DNA from: Octopus vulgaris
Lineage: Eukaryota
DNA: 64,000 nt
Reading direction: 5' to 3'
Assembly: GCA_951406725.2 (NCBI GenBank)
Contig: OX597816.1
Location: 103,664,001 to 103,728,000 of the forward strand
Shown here: positions 13,531 through 27,138 of the stretch, one piece after another
How the letters are laid out: each line of letters begins with the position of its first letter
Numbering within the stretch: position 1 is the first letter of the stretch
Program-made: the position numbers and the translations under genes
The notes under the pieces: model-generated
Database searches by the model: none
Told to the model about the DNA's origin: nothing
Seen by the model: the letters and a program-made list of their open reading frames with translations, nothing else

Positions 13531-13589
13531 GCAGAGGCAGTTTTCCTTAGAATGGAACACAGCAGAGGCAGTTTTCCTTAGAATGGAAC
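13531..13589. repeat. Tandem duplication (28-bp unit, 31-bp period)
   Basis: gcagaggcagttttccttagaatggaac occurs twice. Confidence 0.9.
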
Positions 13590-14091
13590 CCTGTTCTAAA
13601 TACTTTTAGAACACCTGCCTCTGCTTCTAATTTATGTCAGCTAGGTAACAAAAGCTATTAACTACTCAAAAAAGAGCTTTCCAAGCATAAAGAGAATCTA
13701 TTTTCCATAAGCTTTTAATGCATATTGTCCTTGTGCTGTTACTGCATATCAAGTCTACTTTCTGTTAGTCTCCTGTGCTCCCACGGTCCCTCTTGTGCAT
13801 CAATACTATACACTGGGTTCACTACATATAATTCCTACATACTCTTTTTTTCTGCATACTGAGCATGCTCATTTCCTTGATGGTACCAGAATCCTGTTTG
13901 CTCTCCTACCTGTTAAAGCTTTAGTCTTTCTTAAGTTTACCTTAAGGCCTCTTGATAGTAGGTTTTGCTTTTAGTCTAAACATATCAAATCATATTAAAT
14001 TAAAGGACATAGTAGTCACATCTGGAATGCTTTTCCAACACACAATCAGTACTGAATAAGGGCTAGAGAAATTTGACTAACTTGGTTGTTG

Positions 14092-14510
14092 GAGTAAAGA
14101 TTATTTGCCAACATAACATAGCATTTCTGGTTTAGCACGAATGTTGCTGTAATTTAGCCCCAGGCAAAATTGTCCCTAGCTGGCTATACGACACGATCGA
14201 TCTGTGTTCTCATATTTTTGAACAAGGGAATCTAGCACCCGAACTCAGCTCAAAACAATATCTGTGTATCATGACTTCCAGGTTATTTCCCTTCATCAGC
14301 ACAGAATAATTGTTCGGCTAGAAGTTTCGAAATATATAGTTTTTAAAGTGACAACTAGTCACTGATCTATAAATTAGAAGATTTATAGGGGCTAAATTAC
14401 AGCAACATTCATCCTAAACCAGGATTGTCACGTTATGTTGGTAAATAATATTTACTCCAAAGTACTGTTGCTGAATATGTCTCATTGTGAGATTTAGAAA
14501 TAATAATTTT
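14092..14510 (-). mobile_element. Penelope-like element remnant (partial inverted pseudo-LTR) with 15-bp target-site duplication
   Basis: ctaacttggttgttg at 14077-14091 and 14511-14525; ~73-bp inverted arms at 14089-14161 and 14388-14460; internal hammerhead-like motif. Confidence 0.65.
14261..14305 (-). ncRNA. Minimal type I hammerhead ribozyme-like motif (one core substitution)
   Basis: Minus strand reads UCUGUG-CUGAUGA-A-GGG-AAAUAA-CCU-G-GAAG-UCAUGA-UA-CACAGA: 6-bp stem I, exact CUGAUGA core, short stem II, GAAG for GAAA, palindromic stem III and UH site. Confidence 0.65.
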
Positions 14511-15514
14511 CTAACTTGGTTGTTGATCATTAGACACACATATTGATATAACTTGCTGAAAGATTAGAATCAGAGCTGGAGCATAAACTATATCCCAAAC
14601 TGTAATATTTTTCAGACAAATGCCAAATAATATTTTTAAATTCCATTCTTCCTCCAAGGATTATGAATCAAAAAATTTATTATTTATGAATTAGTTATGC
14701 AATAATGCGTTTAAAATGTTATGTATATTGTTGCTGATGATTAGCTCTATGCCATCCCTATTTGGGTAGATCTATTACTAAAAGTGTAACAAGAAATGAC
14801 CTTTCTGTCTTTTTCCCAGGAACAGTTCATCCAGGAACCTTCTTTGGCTGGTATAATTATGGTTGAAGTAAATTAAACTACAGCAACTTCATTGATCTTT
14901 TAATTTGAATAGTTGAGATGACATCGTATAATGTCCTTTTTTCCCCAAGTATTATAAAGAAGATAACCCAATAAAACTCTGTTTCCCAACCCATTTGTCA
15001 CTTATTCTTTTTTTCTTTTACTCTTTTTATGGTTTCAGTCATTGGACTGTGGCCACCTCAAATTATTGTCTATTGGTTTTTTGTCTTATGGCAGGAAGTT
15101 GGTCTGTGATTGAGTTTGTAACAGCTGATCTTCCTTGGGTGTGTCCTTGCATGTTTAGATGATCTGGTATCATAGTTGGGAGTTTGTATATCATTTTTTA
15201 AAATGTTTCAGTAAAGATTCCTTTTGTACTTCTGATTTCTTTAGATAAGACTGGTACAATAATGTGCTTTTGTTCATGATTTCAAAGGTGGTGTATTTGT
15301 AAGCTGACAGCATCTGTCAGTTCATGCATTAAAAACCTGTCTAATACTGAAGTTTGGAACATGCCCCTTCAGGATTTTCCATATGTATATCTCTCTCTTT
15401 GGCATTCAAGAGAGCAGAGACAAAGGGCTTTTAGGCATTGTATTTGAAAGAAAAAAAAAGAATATTTGCAGGGGAACAAATAGATAATGAGTCAACAATG
15501 GCGCCTCTGTGAAG

Positions 15515-15700
15515 TTGCATTAATTGCTAGATATAGCAACTAAATCTCTTCAAATCAAACCCTGTCATCTTAGACAAGGAAGTACATATTGGATAAAGTA
15601 GTCCTAGATACCTCTGTAAGGCAAAATGATCAAGATTGGAATTTTTTTGTGAGCATAGGTATGCTTAATCAAAGCTGACCTGGGATTAAACAATAAAAGC
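15515..15700 (+). repeat. Repeat family E copy
   Basis: ttgctagatatagcaactaaatctcttcaaatc...ggataaagtagtcctagatac...gctgacctgggattaaacaa. Confidence 0.65.
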
Positions 15701-18249
15701 AATCAATCACAACCAATATTGCTTAGTTTGTAGCACAGGTGGGACCCAGTCTTTAGTAAGATTGTGTTAATAAAAAAATACCAATATTGGAAAAAATAAA
15801 AATAAATGATTAATGTTGTCAGGCAGATATACTCACTGAAGACATTGTCTTTTTTGTGACAAAAAATCTTTGCAGCCGTTAGTATTTAAATCTGATTCCT
15901 ATAAACACTCTTGGTTGTCTGGATTTTTTTTCACTAAGAAAATTTATTAATACCATAAAATTCTTTGCTTGTTTTATCCAAATATTAACAAAAAAAAAAG
16001 TATTATACACTAATTAATATCAACATCCTCTCTAATCTACACCACATACATACTCACAAAAACATTTACAAGCATACACATGTATGCATGCATGTGTGGT
16101 GCACATATGTAGTTTATATTATAGAATCTCTGTTCTCTATCAGTAGCGTCAATAGAATGTTTAACCTGTAAAATGCAGTGGGGAAAATCCCTCAACATCT
16201 TACGAACTGTAAATCATCAATCATTCTCCATTTTTCTATATCTCTGTAACTATCTCTACACTTGTTTCCATCTTATTGCTAAAAATAGGAAGAGAGAGAG
16301 GAGGGAAGAGAGGGAGAGGGTTGGAAGAGAAAGAGGAGGGAAGAGAGAGAGTGAAAGAAACTAGTATTTAATGTACTCTTTGGTTATTTCCACTTATTAA
16401 TAACTATAGCTACTCAATACTCAATTACCCTGCAGCTGTAACAAAAATGTGCCAAATTGAGTTTGGCACGATGGAAATATTTCTTCTTATAACTACCTGA
16501 CTTTCAAAATGGCAAATTGGCATCATTATGTCAAATCTAGCAACTCTCGTTGCAATAGCAGCAAAATTTGAACCCACAAAGTTTAATTAAGTAACTATAC
16601 ATCAACTCAATTGATAGAATTGCAATCTGTTGTCAGATTTTTCAAAGACTTCTCTTGTGACTGATTGCTACCAAATTGTAATGCTCAGTGAAATTGATAC
16701 TCACTGCCAGAATTGCTTCCTCCACCACCATTCTGACCAATCCAATTCTTTTGTTAATATGCAAAGAAAGAGAAGAGGCTAAGTCAACTCCTATAGGACA
16801 AATATATGTCTCTTCATAGTGGCTTAGATTGATTGATTCTGTAAAATTAATGAATGAAACATTGATGACTTCAGAATTGCTGATCTCTATTCCAGTTATG
16901 GATTGGCAGAACAGCAAGAGCATGCAGTATTTACTTATGGTCCTTTATGTTCTGATTTCAAATCCCATTGAAGGAAAATTTGCTTATCATTATAGGATCA
17001 GTGGACTTTTTGTTTTAGTTTTTAGCCAGAAGGGAAGGCAGTGCCCATGACCCTTCGGAGACCCTCCAAAACTGGTAGTAGGAGGAAGGAAGATGCCCTC
17101 AAGCTGGAGATATGGCCAAAATGCTTGTAATAGAGTGGGCTCTGTTAATGGTTGTCAAGATACCAAGAAGAGATGTTGAACAGAACATTGGATTAAGTTT
17201 ATCATTCAAAAAAGCTATAGTCGAATTTGAACTTAGAATGCAAAAAAAAAGAAAAAAGAACTAGAATAATACCACAAGGTATCTAAGTCAACATTCTTAC
17301 AGTTCCACTAATACACTTCCTTGGATAGTAATTATTTTATTAACCCTAAAGAGATTGAATCTGAATTAACATTGATGGGATCTGAATTCAGAAAGTAGAG
17401 AGTCAGAACAATATTGTAAAGCATTGTAACCAATGCTCTGACAACTATGTCAATCTATAGAACAGTTAAGTACTGAAGTTGATCTAAATTTGTATACTAC
17501 ATCCTAAATATGAATAGAATCATAATAAAAGGCAAGTTAATTATTTTTAACATCTAAAGAATATATGAGGTTGTTTTCACTTGGTTGCAGTTGTAAGAGC
17601 TCATTATTACTTCTAACTGAATAGATACAAATGTATCATACCATCCGTTGTATATACTATAGGAAAGGTAGCTGAGAATGATAATTACTTCATAAATTTC
17701 ATTCTGAACTTCTTTTAAGGAAGTCCACTTTTATAGCACATGAAAATGTGTAAATGAATGATGTGTGTGTGAGAGAGAGTGTTTATTTGTTGTGTTTTGT
17801 AGTAATATATTATGTTTCAAATACTTAATATTGATGAAATGACAGTGTTCTTCAACAGTGTATTGTTTCACCCGTCAGTGAAACAGAATGATTGGGTGGA
17901 GATTTGGACTCTACTGTCGCTTATCGCATGTTGACACAGACTGGCAGATAATTAAATTAGCCCACCCTTTGCTTCTATTTTATTAACTCTGGAAGGATGA
18001 AAGTTAAAGTTCACCTCAGCAGGATTTGAATGAGCTAGAACTGTACCTCAAGGCATATTGTCTTATGCTCTAATTATTCTGTCAAGCTCTACTATCATTA
18101 ATTTCATTCCAGTACAGATGGTTATAGTTCTTCATCATTCTTTATAATCAATAAAATGCAAACTAATTCGAGAAGAACAGAAAAGATGCTATGTTGAAAA
18201 ATGATGGAGAAAAAATTGGTGTCTACATAGTCTACTAACTTGTAAAACA

Positions 18250-18725
18250 TCATAAACAATTATACCACCTTACACTGCCAATGTTTACTGTACTTCTGCA
18301 ATATACTGTATACATTTATGACACTATACACTGCCATTATTTACTAAACTGTTATATAATACTTTAAACATTTATGTCAATAGACTAACATCAAAGTCGC
18401 AATTGACATTTATGTTATGATATACTTTCAGTTCTTACTGAATTACTATATAGTACTATAAACATTTATATTACAATGTACTTTTGATGTTTAGTGAACT
18501 ACTGTATAATACTATAAACATTCATGCCACAAAAGACTATAAATTTCAAAGTCATAGTTGACATTTATGTTTTAATGAATTACTATATTATACTATAAAT
18601 ATTTATGCTTTGCTGCACTATTGTATAATACTACAAACCTATATGTTAAAGTACATTGTAAACATGTATGACGGACTACATTGTCAATATTCATATCACA
18701 ATACACTGTTATTATTTATTGACAT
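18250..18725. repeat. Degenerate AT-rich minisatellite, ~56-bp units with ~150-bp higher-order period
   Basis: Units like tacactgccaatgtttactgaactactatataatactataaacatttatgtcacaa start near 18271, 18327, 18421 and 18477; the gact..aaagtc..ttgacatttatgtt spacer is at ~18383 and ~18535. Confidence 0.7.
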
Positions 18726-21700
18726 TTATTAAGTATAACTGCATAGATAAAAGAAAGTGTTTATTGAAATGGATTTATCTATTGTCTGTTTGGATTTGAA
18801 AATGAAATATCATCAGGCAATTGGATCCAATAACAAAATATAATATATAATTTAGATACATTTTCAAAAAAGTAAGCATACAGAATCAGTTAAGGATTAG
18901 TGTGTGTGAGTGTGAGTGAGTGAGAGAGAGAGAAAATCTCTGTAAAATTCAGCTGTTTTGAAAACAGAAAGATGTCTTTGAAATTTCAAATGATTTACTG
19001 TAATAATATAACTTTTTGAATAAAGTATAGTCCATCTATTCTGTCTTTGACTTTCATCTGATGTTTTCAATTCATCAAAACAGATTTTCAGCTGCAACAC
19101 AATGTTGTTACAGTTGAATATCTATTTTGTTAAGATGAACTTTGTCTTTCATCTTTCCAGAGTCAGTAAAATAAAATAGAAATGTTAAGTTCATCTGAAC
19201 AGCATCAAATCAAATGTTTTATAGCTTTTGCTTACATTTTCCAATTATGTAAGTTAAAGATAAGAGCAGATAAACAATATGATTGACCAGAGATTACTAT
19301 TTTCTCTTAAAGGTGGCACATTTGATATCTTACACTTTTGTTGAATTAACTTAAAACCTTTTCACATCAAATATGAATACCAACTATAAGAAAAGCTTGT
19401 GTAGCTACTAAAATCTAACATAAAGCTACACTAGTTAAATTTTTGTAAACACTTTTATATACAAGTATAGGCTGCATGGTTTTTGAGAATTTAGATATTA
19501 GCACAAAGTGGAAAACTCTATGGTTCTCTGAGTTTAGGGTGTCATAACACTCTGAGTCCTTTGTGATATGCATGCATAAACAAATACTATAACCCCTGGC
19601 CAACCAAGACCTTGTGAGTGAATTTGGCAGATGGAAATGGGAAGTAGCCCATTGAATGAATATATTTGTGTATGTATGAATATATATATGTATATACATT
19701 TGTGTCTCCTTATCTTGAGATTCCCTCACAAGTTGCACAAGCAGTGTCATTCTTTTTCAGTAAAATTATGTCCAATCATGGGGAAATATTATGTTGGTTG
19801 GAAACAGGCAAGATTTGACCATAAGAAGGTATCTAGCTGTAAAAAAATCAGGTTTTGATGAATTCCGTCTGATTCATGTAAGTAAGGAAATGTAACTAAT
19901 GATAAGATTAATAATGTTTTATTTTAAAATGCAGTGACTTTCAACATTCATCATTTCATATATTTGTAAACAACTTTAAAAACTTTGACATTCATGTACT
20001 CTCAAACGGAAATCCATGCTTCTGTAAAAATGATATCTTGCCAGAGGAATTAAAATTTGGTGGCGAGTGATATAGGAATGTAGCAGATGAACACTCATTA
20101 AAAGAACACTGTAAGGAATTTGTTGGGGATATTCAACACTCGAAGGAATTGAGACAAGCAGTTTAGGCATCAAATAAATAAACAGATAATTGGGCATGAG
20201 GGTTTTCTAGAAAGTTGTTAGCTGCAGCATGAGAATCTTAATTTGTTTCTATTGAAGGAGTTTTTGACATTTCACATATATGATAAAAATTTGAGTTGAT
20301 AATTCAAAATTTTTTTGTTGAAAATTATTCTGAAAAGATAGAATCATTTTCTATATTCTTGTTAAATTATTCTAATTTTCCAAATTGCATGCATGCTCAC
20401 ATGTATAGATGTAATTGTGTATTGGATATTTGTATCAATGTATTTGGTTGTATAACATATATATGAGAATATGTGAGAATTCTGTGTATTAGAATTTAAT
20501 AAGATAACAGAAAAGGAAGAGAAAATGACAGTTTGGCAGAGGAATCTGAGATATGAGATATAATGAAGATTCCAGGCATTAAATTGAAAAATGTAACAAA
20601 ATAGAAATAGCAGAGAAAATTAGAGGGAAAAATGGGGAAAGAGTGAGAGTGAAAGAGAAGGAGGAATAATTAATGCAGAATACTAAGGAAAGAGAGAAAA
20701 AGAGGTTAAGCTGGGGTGAAATGATGTTTAAATAGTTGTTGTATACTATTAACCTGTTGTATTTGATGATAAGGCTCTGTGTTGATTATAACTCATAAAC
20801 TGATTGTTCATTTTCCAAACAGGGTATTATTATATTTTATAACCAAAAGAAGAAAACTTTTCAAATAAAGATATGCAGAAATATTTCCTTCTTGATTGCA
20901 TGTGAACATTATGGCTTTGTTAGTACTAAGCTGCATACTGTGAATGAGAGCAACAGTTATTGTTGTGAGCAAATTGATCTGTACAAGAGATTACTAAGAA
21001 AACATTTGTTTCATAAAATCTTGTGTGTTATTCCTACATTGTTGTCTGACCAGTATTAACTTCAAAGCACTGAAGAAAGGAAAAAAAGAAACATTTCAGT
21101 CTTTGTGATATTACGTAAAGCAAAATTAGCAATAACATAACAGTCCTAATTAGGGCTGGTAGGATGAATGAGTCACTTGAATTTCATTGACTTTTACAAA
21201 TAAAAAATGTTGTCTTAGTATTGTTATCTTTATACTACACTCATTTTCTTTCCACTTTGGGAAATACTGTTACACTTTTATGTAAGAGTTCCATTTGTCT
21301 TGAAGTCAATAGCATTTATCAGACGTTTGTGAGTTCCTTTAGTACAGAGATTTACTTCTGATTCACCTGTTTGTTATGTTTGTTATCAGTTCTTGTTCCA
21401 TATTTTGGGACCTAAAAATTGGTTGATCAGCTTTTAACTAACCAGTTTGCATAAAACTAAAATATGCAAAATAATTACCATTAACCTTTTGTGACTTTAT
21501 TTAAAACAAAATTCATTGTGCATCATCAGCAACAAACAAAAGTTGCATAATGCTAATTGGCTACTTTAACACAACAATCTGCACACAATGCAACCTCACC
21601 AATCATTTCTTCACATATCTCTGTAGATCAAAACTAAGATCAGTTTCCATTTATTTTCCATAAAGGCTGTTTGAATAGAAATATTGGCAAAAGTGTAAAG

Positions 21701-23397
21701 TTTTAATTAAAAAAAAAATTGGAGTGATTGTTTTAAAATAATTATTTTCATTTATTTATTAAGCTTTATATTGCAATTTGAACAGTAGAACCATTGATAA
21801 CAGATTTTCAGCCAGTCACTGGCTCACTGCATTTCTAATAGCAAGCATGGCAACAGAATACCTAACTCAATGCAGAGCAAATGTCACAAGGGTTTTTTGC
21901 TCTAAGAGCACAGGACTTGGGTTCATTGCTGATATTTTAAATTCTTCACCTTTGTACATAAGCAAAAGATACGCACATATGTTCCCACATGCTCATACTC
22001 TTATGTACAAACACACATATACACCATATGCATATATGTGCCAGCTGTCCAAAGTTTTGATCTACTAAATTTCTTTTACAAATTATTAGTCAGTTTGACC
22101 AAGGTTCAACACAGTGTGATCAAAACCTTGGAACCATGTGGTTTTGAAGTAAATTACTTAATTACACAGTCATGCTTGTATTACTTATTTAGTAACCCAA
22201 TATTTAGGGTAATAGTTTTAAAAGTTATTGCAAAAATTATAATGACAGGTGTTAATTTAAATACAAATATTTTAAAAGAGATAAATTTTGAATCAAAATA
22301 GTTGTGGTGTATTCTCAAGTTGGTTTCAAAAAAATTAGATGACTTTGGAACTTGCTCAGTAGTCCATTAAGTGCTTTAACATAGAGCTCAAATTCTAAAA
22401 TATTATTCCTGCTAGTAAAAACAATAACTTGTGTGTGTATATGCATCACATAGAAACTGGAACTTGAGTACACTCAAGTAATTTTCTTCAATTTGAAGCT
22501 GTTATTTATAAAATTTGATTATTAGGAGTCATGAATACAATTTCTTGAATATCTCAAGAAATAGTATTTCAATGAGAAGAAAATGACTCTTACAGCTTCA
22601 TGATAATAATTGCAAATTATATTACATGATAAAATTAAATTAATTGTATGAAACATCAATAATAAATTACTAACAATTGTAGAAAAATAATGTTTGGTCT
22701 GTCTAAATTATCTGGAAAGAAAATGTTATTGAAATTCATTTTGAAGTTGAAAGATTTAAAGAAATACTTCATGCATTCATTTTCAGATTCACCCTCATTA
22801 TAAAAATGAAACATAACAAAGTGAAAAACAACAACAAAAACCATAAACAAAACAAAACAAAATAAAAACAAAGCAAAACAAAAGAAAGCAAAAACCTGAC
22901 AAAACCAAACAAAAATAAAAATGAAAACTTCTATCCTTTGTTGTACATTGATGAATGATAACAAAAGGAATATGGGTTTATTTTCTTGGCAATTTCAATA
23001 ACAAAGAATTTTTATATGTGTAGCCAAGTTATATATTGAAATCTGAAGATAGAAAGATAAAAATGTCTCAGATGAATTAACTATCTCATTAGCTGCTTTA
23101 GATTTACTATTAATAAAGCATCCAATTTAATTAACATTTTAAGCTTCAAGTCTCTAATCTGAAGTCTGAGCAATTTATGAAGCTTCATAAAAGTAAGTTC
23201 TATCTTATTGATGAAAATTTAATGAAATATTAACAGTGACTATTGAGCATAAAAATTAAATATCTGTAAGTAAAAAATGAAAATATATTACATTTGATTT
23301 TTTTTTATTAAAAGAAACATCTCTTCATATTTCACCATATTATCCTCTCTAATATGTCATTTAATGGAAACCTGTATATGCTGGTTCTTTCCTGTAT

Positions 23398-23777
23398 AGG
23401 CACAGGCGTGGCTGTGTGGTAAGAAGCTTGCTTCCCAACCACATGGTTTCGGGTTCAGTCCCACTGCATGACCATCTTGGGTAAGTGTCTTCCACTATAA
23501 CCTCAGGTTGACCAAAGCCTTGTGAGTGGATTTGGTAGACAGAAACTGAAAGAAGCCCATCATGTATATATATATGTATGTAAATATATTTATGTATGTG
23601 GCTTTGTGTCTGTGTTTGACCCCCCCCCCCACCACCACCATCGCTTGACAACCAAAACTTAGCTGTTTGGCAAAAGCAACCAAGAGAATAAGTGCTAGAC
23701 TTACAAAGAATAAATCTTGGGGTCAATTTCTTCAATTAAAGGCATTGCTCCAGCATGTCTGCAGTCAAATGACTGAA

Positions 23778-23778
<1 letters not shown>
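23398..23778 (+). mobile_element. SINE family A, near full length
   Basis: aggcacaggcgtggctgtgtggtaag (A box), gggttcagtccc (B box), cttgggtaagtgtctt, internal microsatellite, gcagtcaaatgactgaaa end. Confidence 0.9.
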
Positions 23779-23821
<43 letters not shown>

Positions 23822-24129
23822 TGTATTACTTGCTAAAATGTAGAGGAAGGAGTATTGCCTAAGGCCCTTACAGCCCTGCCAAAATCCGTAAGGTTGATAC
23901 CGTTAATGTTTTGTTTTAATTTTTTCAGGTTAACATCTGTAGGAAAAGCACAAGCAAGGGGTAGTTGCCAAATAGGATCAATTTTCAAGAGAGAAAAGAC
24001 TGGGTGTAGTGATTAGTGCAGGCAAGAGGGTAATGAATGCAACAAAGGTAATGGAAAAAAATCCATGTGGTTTATGAGTATATGAATGGTAGAGGTATAA
24101 GGCCAGCCAGCACCATCTTCCATTTCACT

Positions 24130-25112
24130 ATGAAATTTCCACAGCCACTCTGCTTCTCTATAATGCTGAAGTTCTTTGATACAGATTTCTAAAACTTCTT
24201 TGCTCTTTCAGCATCTGGTAAATCACTTACTGGATGTTCATCATCATTGTTCAGCTGTTGGTGAAATTACTCTTCATTATTTCTCAAGAGTCTGTTCTGT
24301 TAGTATTAGTTTGTTTCTTTGCTAGTATCTAGTTCTTTTTTTACCTGACACTGCTTTGACTTTTTGCCTTATCTCTTCTTTAACTATCATTTGTATCTAA
24401 TTCACTTTCTTTGGATTGTATTCTTGTGTCTTTTCTTCATCTTTCTTTTTATTGTTATATTTATCCTTTCAAGATCTCTATTGAGCTGTTCAACATGGTT
24501 CTCAAGTCTTTGTTCTCACCATGCTTTTTTTTAACATCAAGACTTTCCACAGCAGTAGATGCTGTGTAGTATATGAGGTCATTTAGATCTCAATTTATTT
24601 TCAGTATAGATTTTTTGTATTAACAGTTCATCTTTCTACTTTACTACATTACTTAGTTTTCCTCTTTTGATTCCTATTAAGATCTCTTTCTTTCATGAGT
24701 TTGTATCTCAATTAGACATTATCGTAAGTTCCTTTCATCCTCTGCAACATTCTTTCCTTTCTCCATCTGTTTTCATGTGGGATGACGATTTATTGCTTTC
24801 CTGGCGATTTATTGGTCCTTCTAATACCTCTTGTTCTTGATCGATTTCTTCTTCTTCGTATTCTATATAGTCATGTCTTTCATCTTCCACTGTTGTGGAG
24901 ATCTCTTTCTGTTCTAACTGGGATCACCACTGTCTTTCTCTGATTAAATTTTTCTGGTCTTGTCTAGAAGTCTTTGTTCTGAGACAGGGAACATGCTTTT
25001 CTCTATCCATATTTTATACTTCCATTCCCTGTATTCTATTTTGGTAGACTCACTTCTGTAATAACTTTTCATCATAGTCCTATTGTTGTTTTGAGACCAT
25101 TTTCTCTTAATC
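24130..25112 (-). mobile_element. Degraded Dong/R4-clade non-LTR retrotransposon, N-terminal ORF region
   Basis: KRKWSQNNNRTMMKSYYRSESTKIEYREWKYKIWIEKSMFPVSEQRLLDKTRKI resembles the R4/Dong N-terminal W...N..IM..YY......GYR......W......SEQRL.DQ.R.I motif. Downstream KQKVKA...FHQQL...LPDAERAK remnants. Confidence 0.7.
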
Positions 25113-26274
25113 TTTGTCAGACAGTCCATTTGCTTTCAACACCCGTTGCATGGAGGACTGGGCATGCCGTGGCTGGTGATGTGCAGACATGTGCTGAAAC
25201 TGCGACATCTCCAGCAATACCTTAACAGTGAGCAGGTGTGGTTGTCATTTGTTGAACATACTTTTCCACAGCTTGTCTTCTTGACAGAGCTACAGTCCTA
25301 GATCAGTCATAGACTGAGGCAGGGTGCTTGGCACCTAGAGTGTCTCCAAGTGCTCACAGCCCTCAGCCAGTCGGGCAATGTGGTCGGTGGAAGTTCCACC
25401 TTGGAGTTCTATACAAAATTAGTGAAAGGCAAGAACGTCAGTGTACTCTGAGAGGTTCTGGACATTGAGGAGGATCAACTAACTGGTCTCTTCTGGAGGA
25501 CTTTCAGGCCAGGAACTATGGATAACTTCCAGAGATCCCTGGCCTAGCAGTGCTACTGGGGGGCACTGCTGGTTTAAGACAAGCTCTACAGGCATGGGTG
25601 TGCAGTCAGTCAGGTTTATCTGAGATGCATGCAGAGCAATGAAACCATTCTGCATGCTCTCATACAGTGCCCATACATTGCTGACTTGTTGAGCTTCATC
25701 GAACAGTTATTCTCACACATAGGAAAGATCTCATTATCGTCCGAGTCCATTGTGAAGATTGCCCCACTTCCTTCCTTTGGCTGGGAAGGGAGGGCAATTT
25801 TTCTCTGTCTGGTGGCTATGGCAAAGGAGGTTGTATGGTGGATGTAATTGAACAGGCTAAAGACAAGTACCTTCCTCTTTGGCCAAGGCCTCATTAATTT
25901 TTTTTCAGGTTCCATTTGAAAAGGAAAGTGAGGTTGGAGAGGGAGGTACTGTCATCCAATAAGTTCATTGAAATGTGGGTGAATGTGACAAGAATGGCCT
26001 GCGTGAGTCGGCCTACTCTAAGTGTGTGCCTGAAGGCTAAAAGGAAAGAAGAAAGAATGCCTTCCTAAGAAGCTGTTGGTGTTAAGTGTCCAAAGTGCTT
26101 AAGGTCTCTTTGGGCTTCTTACAGTGGAACTCCCTCCTATTTGGAAGCATATTATTAATTTAATCTCTTTGTTAATTGTTGTGTTTGTTGTCTGTTTACA
26201 CGTTTAACCTCACTGTCCCTTGTCTGTGTATCATCCTCTATGTTTTGTGTTTGACCCCGGTGGCCAATAAAGAA
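25113..26274 (+). mobile_element. 5'-truncated Tx1/L1-clade LINE 3' end (post-RT region, CCHC finger, 3' UTR)
   Basis: VRQSICFQHPLHGGLGMPWLVMCRHVLKLRHL; RCMQSNETILHALIQC zinc knuckle; FHLKRKVRLEREVLS. 3' UTR ends ccccggtggccAATAAAgaa followed by (TTA)n. Confidence 0.8.
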
Positions 26275-26294
26275 TTATTATTATTATCATTACT

Positions 26295-26334
<40 letters not shown>

Positions 26335-26336
<2 letters not shown>

Positions 26337-27138
26337 TTTTTTTTTTTTTTTTTTTCTGTTTTCAAATTTGCTTCCATTTCTTGCCGAGTGTCTTCCCGAC
26401 TCCTAGGGCAAAGAAACTCATAGTATACATTGATAGGCCATTAAACTAAACTCAATAGTTCGTTCATTTTTTTTTTTTTTTTAGTTAAATTAAAATACAT
26501 GGGTAGTAGTAGTTCTCACATCGACAATACTCTTCTCAATACGTGTGATGTACCAGTTAAGACAATCTTTTGCACTTCTTGCAGGGATGGTAAGCCAGGG
26601 ATCATTCTCATATAATTTTCGGTCCCCTTCTTGATCATTCCTAGTGCTCCTACGATCACTGGTATTGTAACCGCCTTGAGATGCCACATTTTCTCAATTT
26701 CAATGAGTAGGTCTTTATATTTTCTGAGCTTGTCAAACTCTTTCGCCGAGATATTATGATCACAGGGGATGCTCATGTCGATCAATAAGCAAACTTTATT
26801 GTTTTGGTCTTTCACAACAATATCTGGTTTATTGGCTTTGATGGTTCGGTCTGTATGTACTGGAAAGTCCCACAGAATCGTTACATTTTCTCCTTCAGTT
26901 ACAGCCTCAGGGTGGTGATTATACCACTTGTCGGCAGTTTTGATATTGTAATGCCGACTTATTAGCCAGTGTAGATATTGGCCAACTCTGTCATGTCTTA
27001 ATTTATACTCCACTGGTGCTAAGACTTTACATCCAGAGATTACGTGGTCCACTGTTTCAATCATGTCATTGCAGAATCGGCATTTTGGGTCTGCTCCATT
27101 TTTCATTACATTGGCCTGGTAGTTCCGGGTTAATAGGC

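Noticed and set aside
14820-14850. Possible micro-exon (ttttcccag|GAACAGTTC...GGCTG|gtataa)
   Set aside because: Good acceptor but weak donor, 31 nt would shift frame in a phase-0 intron, and there is no RGS similarity; needs RNA-seq.
16450-16470. Small palindrome gtgccaaa-ttgag-tttggcac
   Set aside because: An 8-bp stem is expected by chance in 64 kb; no other support.
19976-20197. 73-aa minus-strand ORF in non-microsatellite sequence
   Set aside because: No recognisable domain or splice context; length is compatible with chance.
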